A stretch of DNA of 64,000 bases, taken from assembly GCA_965224245.1 (NCBI GenBank), contig OZ245046.1:6240001-6304000 (forward strand), written 5' to 3'. This DNA comes from Candidatus Eiseniibacteriota bacterium (GTDB taxonomy: Bacteria > Eisenbacteria > RBG-16-71-46 > CAZAMP01). The translations under genes and the position numbers were made by a program. Below are positions 37,139-46,667 of the stretch, piece by piece. Under the pieces are notes generated by a model. It saw only the letters and a list, made by a program, of their open reading frames with translations. It made no database searches and had not been told where the DNA came from. Numbering within the stretch: the first letter of the stretch is position 1; each line of letters opens with the position of its first letter.

Positions 37139-40100
37139 ATGCGCTTCACCGTGACGGCCGCTCTTCTCGCTTTCCTCGCGACGACGTCCGCTCAGGGCAC
37201 GACCGTCACCGTGGTCGACGAAGGATCGAGCCTTCGCATTCACGTCGACCTCACCGAGGCCGCCGTGGAGGTGGCGCGCGGGGAGCCGTTCGACATCGTC
37301 GACCTCGACGGGGGGCATCTCTCTGCCGACACACCGGCCGGGTACCCTCTCTTGCCGGAGATCCCGATCGCTCTCGCGCTCCCCGCGGGCATGACGCTCG
37401 GAGCCGCACACGCCGGCACCGGCGAGCCGGAGCGCGTCGCGGGGTCGGTGGTCCCTCGGCCTGCGCCCGACCCCGACCTCCCGGACGAGCCGGCGGCGCC
37501 GGATCCGGCGATCTACTCGGGATGGGCTCCCCATCCCGCATCGGTCGTGAGGTCGGTTCGGACCGGCTGGTGCCGCGGGCTCGCCGTCGGAACCCTGGCG
37601 ATCGCGCCGCTGCGCTACGTCGGCGCCGCGCGAACGCTCGAGGTCTACCGAGACATCGTGGTCGACGTCGAGCTCGTCCCCGAGGACCCGGGCCTCGCGC
37701 GGCTGCGACGACACCCGTCCCGGTCGTGGGCCGACGACGAGGCGACGATCGAGTGGCTCCGGCGCACGGTGGCGAACCCCGAGGCGGTGGATGCGACCCG
37801 GAGCCGCGCCGGTGCGCGAACGCCGTCGCGGGAGGTGTTCGGCGGGTTCCATCCGACCGAGCGCCCGTCGACCGACGGATCTCCGGTGCGATACGTCATC
37901 GTCACCGACGACGTCGCGCTCGACGGACATTCGATCGGCTCGCTGACGGCGATCTTCCAGGAGCTGGCCGACTGGAAGACCTCGAAGGGCATGCCGGCCG
38001 TCGTGCGAACGTTGAGCTGGGTGCGGGCGACCTACCCCGGACACGACGACCCGGACAGGCTCCGCAACTTCCTCATCGACGCCTACGAGCTCTGGGGCAC
38101 CGACTACCTGCTCCTCGGCGGCGACCTGAGCGTCGTTCCCGCCCGGCGCTTCAACGGGCTCAATCTCGGGCTCGGCGACGCACCGGCCGACGTCTACTAC
38201 GGCGGCCTCGACAACGACTGGGATCTCGACGACGACGGTCGCTACGGCGAGCGGACCCGCGATGCCGGCGCGAGCGATCCGTTCTGGGACCTCTTCGTGG
38301 GCCGGGCGCCGGTCGAGACCCAGGCCGAGGCCGAGGTGTTCGTGTCGAAGTCGTTGAGCTACGTGCGCGAGTCGGGCGGCCCCGGCGCCGGCGGATACGA
38401 CCCGACCTACTACGATCGCATGCTCCTCATGGCCGGGCTCGGCAACTGTGCCGACTGGGGGCGCACCTGTAACGGGCTCTTCGTGGCCGAGACGATCGCG
38501 CGCCGCCTCGTTCCGCCGACGATGAGCCGTCAGCGCCTCTACCAGCAGCTCTGGGACTCGAGCGCGAGCTGCTCGTACCACGAGACGTACAACGAGCTCC
38601 TCGGCGTGCCCGACGAATCCTGGACGGTGAGCGCCGCGATGGGGGCGCTCAATGCCGGCGTCGGGTTCGTCCACCACTTCGAGCACTCGAACCCCTATCT
38701 CGAAGGCGGCGCCAGCGGCGGGTTCGGCTGCTCGGCGAGCATGGGAGGCGCCATCGGTCGCGAGCACGTCGATCTGCTGACGAACGCACCCAACTGGAGC
38801 ATCGTCTACTCCACCGGCGCCGGCGTGAACGCGTACGACTACGACTCGGTGTCCGAGCACTGGATCCTGAACCCCGAAGGCGGCGCCGTCGCCTACATCG
38901 GGAAGACACGAAGCGGCACCACCTACGTGACCGGCGATGCCGACACCCTGAGCTTCCTGTCGATCTTCCAGAACGGCACCGACATGGGACAGACGCTCGC
39001 GTTCGCGACGCAGTCGCTTCTGTTCAGCGTCGACCGCGCCGTGGCGTCCTTCGCGCTCCTGGGAGACCCGGAACTCCTGCCGTTCACGACCTCGCCGACC
39101 GGGATCAACGTCTCGCTGACGCCTCCCGATCCGGTCGTCGGCGATCAGACGATCCGCGTGACGGTCTCGGAGCTCGGGACCGGCGTGATGGTGGACGGTG
39201 CGCGCGTCGCGCTCGTCAGCGGCGACGACGTGTACGCATGTGGGCGAACGGCGTCCGATGGGACGGTGGATCTGGCGGTCTCGCTCTCCGCGGAGGCGCC
39301 GCTCACGGTGACCGCCACCGCGCGCAATCACGTCCCGACCCGGAAGGTGTTCCAGGTCGGCGCCTCCTCGGCGCCGCACGTCGTCTACTCGCTGCACGAG
39401 GCCCTCGACGACTCGCTCGCCGTCGCGAACGGCGATGGCATCGTCGATGCCGGCGAGGTCGTCGAGGTCGTGACGACGATCCGGAACGAGGGTGCCGACC
39501 TCACGGCCGGCAGCGTCACGATCGAGCCGATCGGTGCCGTCTCCTTCAACGTCGCGATCGACGGAGCCTGCGATCCGAGCTACGTCGTCATCGGCCGCGC
39601 CGGCTCGGCGCCGGGCAATTGCGAGCCCTCGTTCCCCACGATCGAGTTCGCCGGAGTCGATCCGCACGGACGGCCGCTCCGACTGGCCGAGACGTCCGAC
39701 CCGGGCCTCTTCTTGTGGCGCGACGGGGCGCGCTGGACCGTGTCGAGCCGCGGTGCGGACGACGTGTCGCCCCCGAGCACGGCGGTGCACGGGATCGTCC
39801 GCGTCCCCGGCGGCGTGACCGATGCCGAGGCCGGCGGGCTCGAGGCCGGCGATGGGTGGAGCCTCACGACCGACGGACTCGAGTTCGACTTCTCGGTCGA
39901 TGCGACCGCTGACTACGACAGCCTGAGCTTCACGGCTCGCGAGGATGCGTGGGTCGTCGTCGGATCGGATCCCGTGGCCGTGGGGACGCTACTGTCCGAC
40001 GAGTCCGCGTCGGTCTCGTTCCTCGTGCATCCCCTCGCCGAGAGTCCCGACGGCCACGTGCCGCGACTCGAGCTCGCGGTCGTGGATGGCGTGGGAGAGC

Positions 40101-42436
40101 CGGCCGGACGATCCTCGTTCGAGATGCCGATCGTGGCCCCGGTACTCACGTACGTGTCGCAGTCGGTCCTGGCGGACGGGGAGACGTTCACGATCACGCC
40201 CACCGTGCGCAACACCGGGCGAGGCAACGCCGATGGCGTCGAGCTCCGCCTCGTCGCGACCGCGGGAGCGCCCACGGTGGTCGATTCCGTCCTCGCGATC
40301 GGTTCACTGGTGCCGGGCGCCGAGGTCGAAGCAGCCGGCGGATTCGTGCTCAACACGGCCGATCCGTCGAACGTGCGGTACTCGGTCGTCGCGAGCAGTG
40401 CGCGACCGGACGGGACGACGCTCTCCCGGGTGCACGAGGAGGGCGACCTGATCCCGCCGTGCGCACCGACCGGACTGTGGGTCGATCTCATCGGAAGTCA
40501 CGGTGCGCGGTGCAAGTGGCAAGCGCCCGACGGCGGATGCGCGCCCGACCTCGCCGGCTATCACGTCTACCGGCGGCTCGCGGGCGAGGTCGAGTTCGTG
40601 CGCGTCTACGCCGCCGATGCCGACAGCACGCGCTCGTTCACGGACGGGGGGTTGCCGGCGAACACGATGGTCGAGTACGTCGTGACGGCGGTCGACTCGG
40701 CCCGGAACGCGAGCTCGCCGAGCGCGGCGGCGGCGAATCAGACGTGGCTGCCCGAGCTACCCGGCTGGCCCCGTCAGGTCGATGCGGGAACGTTCGGCTC
40801 TCCGACGCTCGTCGATCTCGACGACGACGGCCGTCACGAGGTGCTGGTGCTGGGGAACGCGCTCTACGGCTGGCACGGCGACGGCACGCCCCTGGTGCCG
40901 GGCAGCGACGGCACGGTGTTCCGGACGCCCCGGCCTTACGACATCCTGGACCAGCCGGCCATCGGTGCGTTCTCGTCGACGCCCGCCGTCGCCGACCTCG
41001 ACGGCGACGGTGTGATGGAGATCGTCGTGTCGGCCTGGGACGACTCGCTGTGGGTCGTACACGAGGACGGCGAGGTGCTGTGGGGCCGCGAGTGCACGGC
41101 CAAGTACTCCTCCCCGGCGCTGGGCGATCTGGACGGCGACGGCGATCTCGAGGTCGTCGTGGGATCCCACCTCCCGAACGTCTATGCGTGGCACCACGAC
41201 GGGAGCTCGGTGGTCGGCGGGGGCACCGGCGGTCTGTTCGCGGTGCTGGGAGACGGCGCGGTCTACAACTACTCGACGCCGGCGCTCGTCGATCTCGACG
41301 GCGACGCCACGACGAAGGAGGTCGTGTTCACCTCGCACAAGGGCAACGTGTACGCGTGGCGAGGCGACGGCGCGTCGCTCTGGAGCCGGTTCACCGGAGC
41401 ATCGAGGCCCCTCTCGACGCCGGCCTTCGGAGACGTGGATCGCGACGGCGTACTCGAGGCGGTCGTGGCGCAGGGAAGCTCCGGCGTTCCCGACGGCGGG
41501 GCCAACCAGCTTCTCGTCCTGAACGCGGTCACCGGTCAGATCGAGAAGTCGTGGTCGGGCGCGACGCACATTCCCGGCGGGCTCCACTCGGCGGGCAACA
41601 TCATTCACGCACCCGCGCTGGCCGACATCGACGGCAACGCGGATCTCGAGATCCTCGTCGGCACAGAGGGCGACGTACCGCCCCTGTCGGAGGACGGCGC
41701 GACCGTCGTGATCTTCGACCACGACGCCGCCACGCACCGGGCGATCTGCCAGGACGAGATGCCCGAATCCCAGCTCGGCATGACCGGACAGGACGTGAAC
41801 GCCCAGCCGATCGTCGCGGAGATGGACGGCGATGCGACGCTCGAGGTCCTCGTCGGATCGAACACGTTCGGGCTCTACCTGTTCGACACCGCGGGCGCGT
41901 GCGACGCCGAGGACGGGTGGCCACTCCTCCTGGGCGGCGAGATCGAGGGCACGCCCGCGCTCGGCGACATCGACGGCGACGGCAGCCTGGACGTCGTGGT
42001 CCGCGGGCGGGACGACTGGGTGCACGCGTTCGACTTCGACGTCCCCTACGACCCCGACACCATTCACTGGGGACAGTACGCGCACGACCCCTCGCACACG
42101 TCCCAGCACGACACGCCGCCGAGCACGATCGGCTCCCCTCCCGGGGAGGTTCCGCCGCCGACGCTTCGTCTGGACGCGAGCACGCCCAACCCGTCGAACG
42201 ATCGGGCCACGATTCGCTTCGGTCTGCCGGGTCGCGCGCACGTTCGTCTCCGGATCTACGGCGTCGAGGGGCGACTCGTCCGTACGCTCATCGACGGCGT
42301 GCTGGACGGCGGCTACGCGGAGGCCGTGTGGGACGGTCGCGACGCTCGGGGACGTCGTACGCCGAGCGGAACGTACTTCTGCCACCTCGAGACCGGGGGC
42401 GAGGTGGTGGTGCGAAAGCTGCTGATTCTGCGCTGA
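37139..42436 (+). CDS. Gingipain-like peptidase C25 family protein + Ig/Fn3 + FG-GAP repeats + FlgD/T9SS-like CTD
   Basis: Propeptide (AGYPLLP...IALP), YVIVT...LADWKTSKG, YLLLGGD..VVPAR, D.YY.GLD.DW, VGRAP, GGAVAYIG..R, LLGDP; DLAGYHVYR Fn3; LPGWP / ADLDGDG repeats. Confidence 0.88.
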   Translation: MRFTVTAALLAFLATTSAQGTTVTVVDEGSSLRIHVDLTEAAVEVARGEPFDIVDLDGGHLSADTPAGYPLLPEIPIALALPAGMTLGAAHAGTGEPERVAGSVVPRPAPDPDLPDEPAAPDPAIYSGWAPHPASVVRSVRTGWCRGLAVGTLAIAPLRYVGAARTLEVYRDIVVDVELVPEDPGLARLRRHPSRSWADDEATIEWLRRTVANPEAVDATRSRAGARTPSREVFGGFHPTERPSTDGSPVRYVIVTDDVALDGHSIGSLTAIFQELADWKTSKGMPAVVRTLSWVRATYPGHDDPDRLRNFLIDAYELWGTDYLLLGGDLSVVPARRFNGLNLGLGDAPADVYYGGLDNDWDLDDDGRYGERTRDAGASDPFWDLFVGRAPVETQAEAEVFVSKSLSYVRESGGPGAGGYDPTYYDRMLLMAGLGNCADWGRTCNGLFVAETIARRLVPPTMSRQRLYQQLWDSSASCSYHETYNELLGVPDESWTVSAAMGALNAGVGFVHHFEHSNPYLEGGASGGFGCSASMGGAIGREHVDLLTNAPNWSIVYSTGAGVNAYDYDSVSEHWILNPEGGAVAYIGKTRSGTTYVTGDADTLSFLSIFQNGTDMGQTLAFATQSLLFSVDRAVASFALLGDPELLPFTTSPTGINVSLTPPDPVVGDQTIRVTVSELGTGVMVDGARVALVSGDDVYACGRTASDGTVDLAVSLSAEAPLTVTATARNHVPTRKVFQVGASSAPHVVYSLHEALDDSLAVANGDGIVDAGEVVEVVTTIRNEGADLTAGSVTIEPIGAVSFNVAIDGACDPSYVVIGRAGSAPGNCEPSFPTIEFAGVDPHGRPLRLAETSDPGLFLWRDGARWTVSSRGADDVSPPSTAVHGIVRVPGGVTDAEAGGLEAGDGWSLTTDGLEFDFSVDATADYDSLSFTAREDAWVVVGSDPVAVGTLLSDESASVSFLVHPLAESPDGHVPRLELAVVDGVGEPAGRSSFEMPIVAPVLTYVSQSVLADGETFTITPTVRNTGRGNADGVELRLVATAGAPTVVDSVLAIGSLVPGAEVEAAGGFVLNTADPSNVRYSVVASSARPDGTTLSRVHEEGDLIPPCAPTGLWVDLIGSHGARCKWQAPDGGCAPDLAGYHVYRRLAGEVEFVRVYAADADSTRSFTDGGLPANTMVEYVVTAVDSARNASSPSAAAANQTWLPELPGWPRQVDAGTFGSPTLVDLDDDGRHEVLVLGNALYGWHGDGTPLVPGSDGTVFRTPRPYDILDQPAIGAFSSTPAVADLDGDGVMEIVVSAWDDSLWVVHEDGEVLWGRECTAKYSSPALGDLDGDGDLEVVVGSHLPNVYAWHHDGSSVVGGGTGGLFAVLGDGAVYNYSTPALVDLDGDATTKEVVFTSHKGNVYAWRGDGASLWSRFTGASRPLSTPAFGDVDRDGVLEAVVAQGSSGVPDGGANQLLVLNAVTGQIEKSWSGATHIPGGLHSAGNIIHAPALADIDGNADLEILVGTEGDVPPLSEDGATVVIFDHDAATHRAICQDEMPESQLGMTGQDVNAQPIVAEMDGDATLEVLVGSNTFGLYLFDTAGACDAEDGWPLLLGGEIEGTPALGDIDGDGSLDVVVRGRDDWVHAFDFDVPYDPDTIHWGQYAHDPSHTSQHDTPPSTIGSPPGEVPPPTLRLDASTPNPSNDRATIRFGLPGRAHVRLRIYGVEGRLVRTLIDGVLDGGYAEAVWDGRDARGRRTPSGTYFCHLETGGEVVVRKLLILR

Positions 42437-42819
42437 TATGGAACGACCCCGTCAAGTCCGCTCGCGGATCAGCTGTCTGAGGAACGAAGCGGGACCGGGC
42501 GCTTCGACGAGAAGTCAGCCTGGGACACGCGGGCCGGGACCCGTAGGGTCGATGGAGTCGACCGAGGCGTAACCTGGCGGTCTCGTTCAGCTTCGCTGGC
42601 CAATCACGACTGCTCCACAGTCGATCTTGCAGATCTATCGAGCACGATCAGGCTACCGGTGTCGTCTACTTCATCGAGACGCCGGCGAAGGGTGCTGCAA
42701 GCATCGCCGTGGTCCGAGTAGAATCGACACCTTTTGAGGCGAGTGGGGGAGCGTCACGCGCCAGCTCCACCTGGCATGCCGCAACGTCGAGGTGTCCTCA
42801 GCCGGAAGGGTCAACGAAG

Positions 42820-42960
42820 GACCGCATTCTCGGCCCGAGGGCGAGAGTGGGGACGAAGAGCCCTCGGACCAGGGCGATGATGGCGGCTGGCGTGGGCGTT
42901 CCAGGGGTAGAATGGATGTGATGGCGATGCCGGCAAGTCGGCACGGCGGGGTCGTAACGT
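42820..42960 (-). mobile_element. Second left-end / N-terminal remnant of the rve element
   Basis: The minus strand reads HIHSTPGTPTPAAIIALVRGLF vs HIHSTPGTPALAVIVSLIRGAL at about 17180-17245; 49/57 nt identity. Confidence 0.7.
42901..42913 (+). promoter_or_regulatory. Candidate sigma70 -10 element within element remnant
   Basis: CCAGGGG-TAGAAT 65 nt upstream of 42979. Confidence 0.4.
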
Positions 42961-42978
42961 CCAGCTGGGGTAGCGTGC

Positions 42979-45900
42979 ATGCATGGACAGAAGGACTTGG
43001 CTCCGCGAGTGACGTCGGCGGTGTGGCTGATCGGCGCGATCGCTTCCGTGACGGTCGGCCCGCACGCGGCTGAAACGGAGGAGGCTCGGCTGTCGTCCAC
43101 CGGCGACCGGCTCGGTCCGGCGGTGTGGACGCTGACGGGTGTCCAGGACGGAGAGAACCTCGGTCGGTCTGTCGCGTCGGCCGGTGACGTCAACGGGGAT
43201 GGCTACTCTGACGTCGTCGTGGCCGCACCGCTCTTCGACAGCGAGCTGGGCGGGACCGGCCGCGTCGCGGTCTACCACGGATCTAAGGACGGTGTGGACA
43301 TCGCCGCCGCATGGTCGCAAGAAGGTGGGTCCCAGCTCGGCTTCTCGGTGAACACAGCCGGTGATGTCAACGGAGATGGCTACGCGGACCTCATCGTCGG
43401 CGCATTGGACGCCGGGGCTCAGGTCTTTCATGGCTCGCCGTGTGGTCTGTCTCCCTCTCCCGACTGGACCGGCGGATCGGCGGCGAGAGCCGTCGCGTGT
43501 GCCGGAGACGTGAACGGTGACGGCTACTCCGATGTCATCATCGGGGAGCCCGGTGCTTCTGATAGCGCCGGTTTCGTCGCGGTCTTCCACGGCTCGTCCG
43601 CCGGCCTCTCCGACGTGGCCGACTGGTCAATCGCCAGCGGCTCGTACGACGTCTCCGCCGGTGACCAGCTCGGTTTCTCGGTCGCGTGTGCCGGCGACGT
43701 CAACGGCGACGGCTACTCGGACGTGATCATCGGCTCGCCGACGTATTCCGTGAGCGGGTGGGTGCTAGGGCGGGTGCTCGTCTTCTTCGGTTCGGTTGCC
43801 GGCGTGACCGGACCTCCCTGGATCCGGGAGTCGTGGGTGGAGACGAGCTACGACCCGCTCCTGGTGGCGGACGGCGGATATGGCAGCTCCGTCGCGGGCG
43901 TCGGCGACGTGAACGGGGATGGATACGCCGACGTGATCGTCGGGGCACCGGACATGGGACTATCCGGCGGGTTCCTGGACGGGTTGGCGTTCCTGTACGA
44001 GGGCGATCCCTCGGGCGTCGACGAGGTCACGGCCTGGACGGAGCGCGGCGACTGGAACAACCTCGGATCGTCCGTCGGCTCCGCGGGAGACGTCGACGGT
44101 GACGGCTTCGCGGACCTCGTGTTGGGGGCGCCCGGCTACGGTGCCGGCATCGCTCGTGTGTATCGCGGCGACGCGTCCGGCCCGCACCCGCCGTGGTCGA
44201 CGTACGCCGGAGGACAGACTGACGCTGCGTTCGGATCAGCCGTGGCCTCCGCTGGAGACGTGAACGGCGACGGATACTCGGACGTGATCGTCGGTGCCCC
44301 TCTTCACGATGGATCCGGCGTGGATGATGGCCAGGTGCAGGTATTCCACGGCGGCCCACTGCTTCCCCGCTCCGACGACGCCTGGTCCTGGCAGACCGGA
44401 CAGACCGGGGGAGGAATCGGGCTGAGGGTGGCCCCGGCGGGCGACATCGACGGCGACGGTTTCGGAGACGTCATCCTCGGCGCCCACGCGTTCGACGACG
44501 GGGAGCTCGACGAGGGCCGCGCCTTGCTGTTCCGAGGAACGTGGGCCGGACTCGCGCCGCTACCGTCCTGGACGGCCGACGGCGATCAAGTCGAGGCATA
44601 CCTCGGATCCGACATCGCCGGCGCCGGCGACGTGAACGGGGACGGCTACGCGGACGTCATCGTGGGCGCGCTCGGATACGACGGCGCCGAGGCCGACGTC
44701 GGTCGTGCGTATGTCTTTCACGGATCGCCGGAAGGGCTGTCCACGACCCCGGACTGGACCGCCGAGGGCGACCAGGTCGATGCTGCCTTCGGCGTCGGGG
44801 TCAGCTCCGCCGGTGACGTTAACGGGGACGGTCACGACGACGTCATCGTAGGAGCGTACCTCCATGACGGCGCGCACGTCGACGGCGGGCGGGCCCTCGT
44901 GTACCTCGGCTCGAGCTCGGGGCTCGAGAGCACGGCCTCGTGGATCGTGGAAGGAGGTCAGGCCAACGCCCGGCTGGGTTACCGGGTCGCGGGCGCGGGC
45001 GACGTCAACGGCGATGGCTTCGACGACGTGCTGGTTGGCGCGTACACCCATACCGGGGACTTTCCCGAGGAGGGCGCTGCGTTCCTCTACCTCGGCTCGG
45101 CATCCGGCTTGTCGACGACCTCCGCGTGGAGCGCGGAAGGTGACCAGGCGTACGCATGGTACTCCCGCGCGCTCGCGTCGGCGGGTGACGTGAATGGGGA
45201 CGGTCTGTCGGACGTGATCGTCGGTGCGTTCCGGTACAACGACGCGTACACCGACGACGGGCGTGCTTACGTTTACCTCGGGACACCGACCGGACTCGAG
45301 ACCGAGCCCGTGTGGACCACGAGCGGCGACGCCACCGAGGATCGCCTCGGGGATTCGGTCGACGGCATCGGGGACATCAACGGCGACGGCTTCGCGGACA
45401 TCGCCGTGGGAACCCGCGACGACGACAGCTACGCCACGAACGGCGGCTCCGTGCAGATTCATCTGGGCTCTCCGGGCGGTCCGGAGTCCGCGGCCGTGTG
45501 GCTACGCAGCGGTACGCAGGTGGGGGAAGAGCTCGGCACGCACCTCGCCGGCGTCGGCGATGTCGATGGCGACGGATTCGCCGACCTCGTCGCCTCGGCG
45601 CCCTACCGCGACGGCACCTACGTGGACGAGGGTCGGGCGCTGCTCTTCCCCGGTAACTACGGCCCCGGACGCGACCTTGGCCTTCGACAGCTACGTACCG
45701 ATGGCGTGACGCCGATCCCGCCGGGCTCACCGTCGGACAGTGACACCGAGTTCCATCTCCACGCTACGCTGCCATCGTTCGTGGGACGAACCGTTCTCCA
45801 GATCGAGGTTGAGGTGAAGCCGCATGGCTTGCCCCTCGATGGCACGGGGACCTGGCTCGGCGACGTCGTCGACACGGGGACTGCCGGACAGGCCACGTTC

Positions 45901-46362
45901 GCCGTAGTGGTGTCCGGACTCGCGTCGTCCACACCCCATCACTGGCGCGTACGATGCCACTTCGATCCGACACGACCGCCGTTCCAGGGCCACGGTCCAT
46001 GGCGACACATCCCCGACGGCGGCTGGGAGGAGGCCGACCTGCGCACGGCTCCGTCGATGCTCGACGTTGCGGATGCGGACAGGCATCATCCGACGATACT
46101 CCGGGCAATACGGAGCCCGACCCGGCTTCCCGTCCGCGTTCGCTACGTGCTCCCTCACCGGGGAGGCGTTCAGCTGACCGTGCACGATGTCGCGGGCCGA
46201 CACCTCGCCGATCTACGAGTAGCTCAGCAGGAGGGCGGTCCGCACACGGTTCGATGGGACGGATTCGATGACAGCGGACGGCGCGTCGCACCCGGTTTGT
46301 ACTTCATGCGGATGGCCTTCGACCACGGGTCCGAATGTCGCCGGTTTGTCGTGATCGAGTGA
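42979..46362 (+). CDS. Secreted integrin-alpha-like FG-GAP repeat protein with FlgD/T9SS-like CTD
   Basis: About 14 AGDVNGDGYxDVIVGA repeats, YHWR-like HHWRVR segment, HDVAGR...WDGFDDSG...GLYFMRM. Confidence 0.9.
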   Translation: MHGQKDLAPRVTSAVWLIGAIASVTVGPHAAETEEARLSSTGDRLGPAVWTLTGVQDGENLGRSVASAGDVNGDGYSDVVVAAPLFDSELGGTGRVAVYHGSKDGVDIAAAWSQEGGSQLGFSVNTAGDVNGDGYADLIVGALDAGAQVFHGSPCGLSPSPDWTGGSAARAVACAGDVNGDGYSDVIIGEPGASDSAGFVAVFHGSSAGLSDVADWSIASGSYDVSAGDQLGFSVACAGDVNGDGYSDVIIGSPTYSVSGWVLGRVLVFFGSVAGVTGPPWIRESWVETSYDPLLVADGGYGSSVAGVGDVNGDGYADVIVGAPDMGLSGGFLDGLAFLYEGDPSGVDEVTAWTERGDWNNLGSSVGSAGDVDGDGFADLVLGAPGYGAGIARVYRGDASGPHPPWSTYAGGQTDAAFGSAVASAGDVNGDGYSDVIVGAPLHDGSGVDDGQVQVFHGGPLLPRSDDAWSWQTGQTGGGIGLRVAPAGDIDGDGFGDVILGAHAFDDGELDEGRALLFRGTWAGLAPLPSWTADGDQVEAYLGSDIAGAGDVNGDGYADVIVGALGYDGAEADVGRAYVFHGSPEGLSTTPDWTAEGDQVDAAFGVGVSSAGDVNGDGHDDVIVGAYLHDGAHVDGGRALVYLGSSSGLESTASWIVEGGQANARLGYRVAGAGDVNGDGFDDVLVGAYTHTGDFPEEGAAFLYLGSASGLSTTSAWSAEGDQAYAWYSRALASAGDVNGDGLSDVIVGAFRYNDAYTDDGRAYVYLGTPTGLETEPVWTTSGDATEDRLGDSVDGIGDINGDGFADIAVGTRDDDSYATNGGSVQIHLGSPGGPESAAVWLRSGTQVGEELGTHLAGVGDVDGDGFADLVASAPYRDGTYVDEGRALLFPGNYGPGRDLGLRQLRTDGVTPIPPGSPSDSDTEFHLHATLPSFVGRTVLQIEVEVKPHGLPLDGTGTWLGDVVDTGTAGQATFAVVVSGLASSTPHHWRVRCHFDPTRPPFQGHGPWRHIPDGGWEEADLRTAPSMLDVADADRHHPTILRAIRSPTRLPVRVRYVLPHRGGVQLTVHDVAGRHLADLRVAQQEGGPHTVRWDGFDDSGRRVAPGLYFMRMAFDHGSECRRFVVIE

Positions 46363-46507
46363 TGTGCGCACGCGACCCGCATGGATCCTCGGCGGGACAG
46401 CCACGACTCCGTGGCCAGTTCGTGCATCATCGGTGACGGCCGCCCGTCGTTGATGCTCCGACGTGCCGCAAATGCCCACTCCCCTTGGTGGTGCAGCATC
46501 GCGCGAC

Positions 46508-46537
46508 TTGACAGGAATGCCAGTTTGCGACCACAAT
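46508..46537 (+). promoter_or_regulatory. Sigma70-type promoter of the cNMP operon
   Basis: Perfect TTGACA (46508-46513), 18-nt spacer, CACAAT (46532-46537). Confidence 0.6.
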
Positions 46538-46667
46538 GATTGGTTCCGGCGCGCACGACGCTTTCGGGCTCCGGCAACGGGCCGGATCGGGTGTCGTGGC
46601 GTTCGCGTTACCTCGATGCCCCGGAACGTGCAGTTGAGGCATCGCACGATTCGGGTGCGGGTGCGAC

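Noticed and set aside
35507-39790. 1427-aa minus-strand ORF and other long overlapping ORFs (e.g. 3042..4805, 39949..42480, 46608..48422, 59857..62163)
   Set aside because: Arg/Gly/Val-rich off-frame or antisense shadows expected in high-GC DNA; the overlapping frames carry the recognisable motifs.
42485-42506. Hairpin CGAAGCG-N8-CGCTTCG after the C25 gene (also GGCTGTA-GGT-TACAGCC at 63516-63532)
   Set aside because: 7-bp stems without a U-tract; insufficient to call terminators or ncRNAs.
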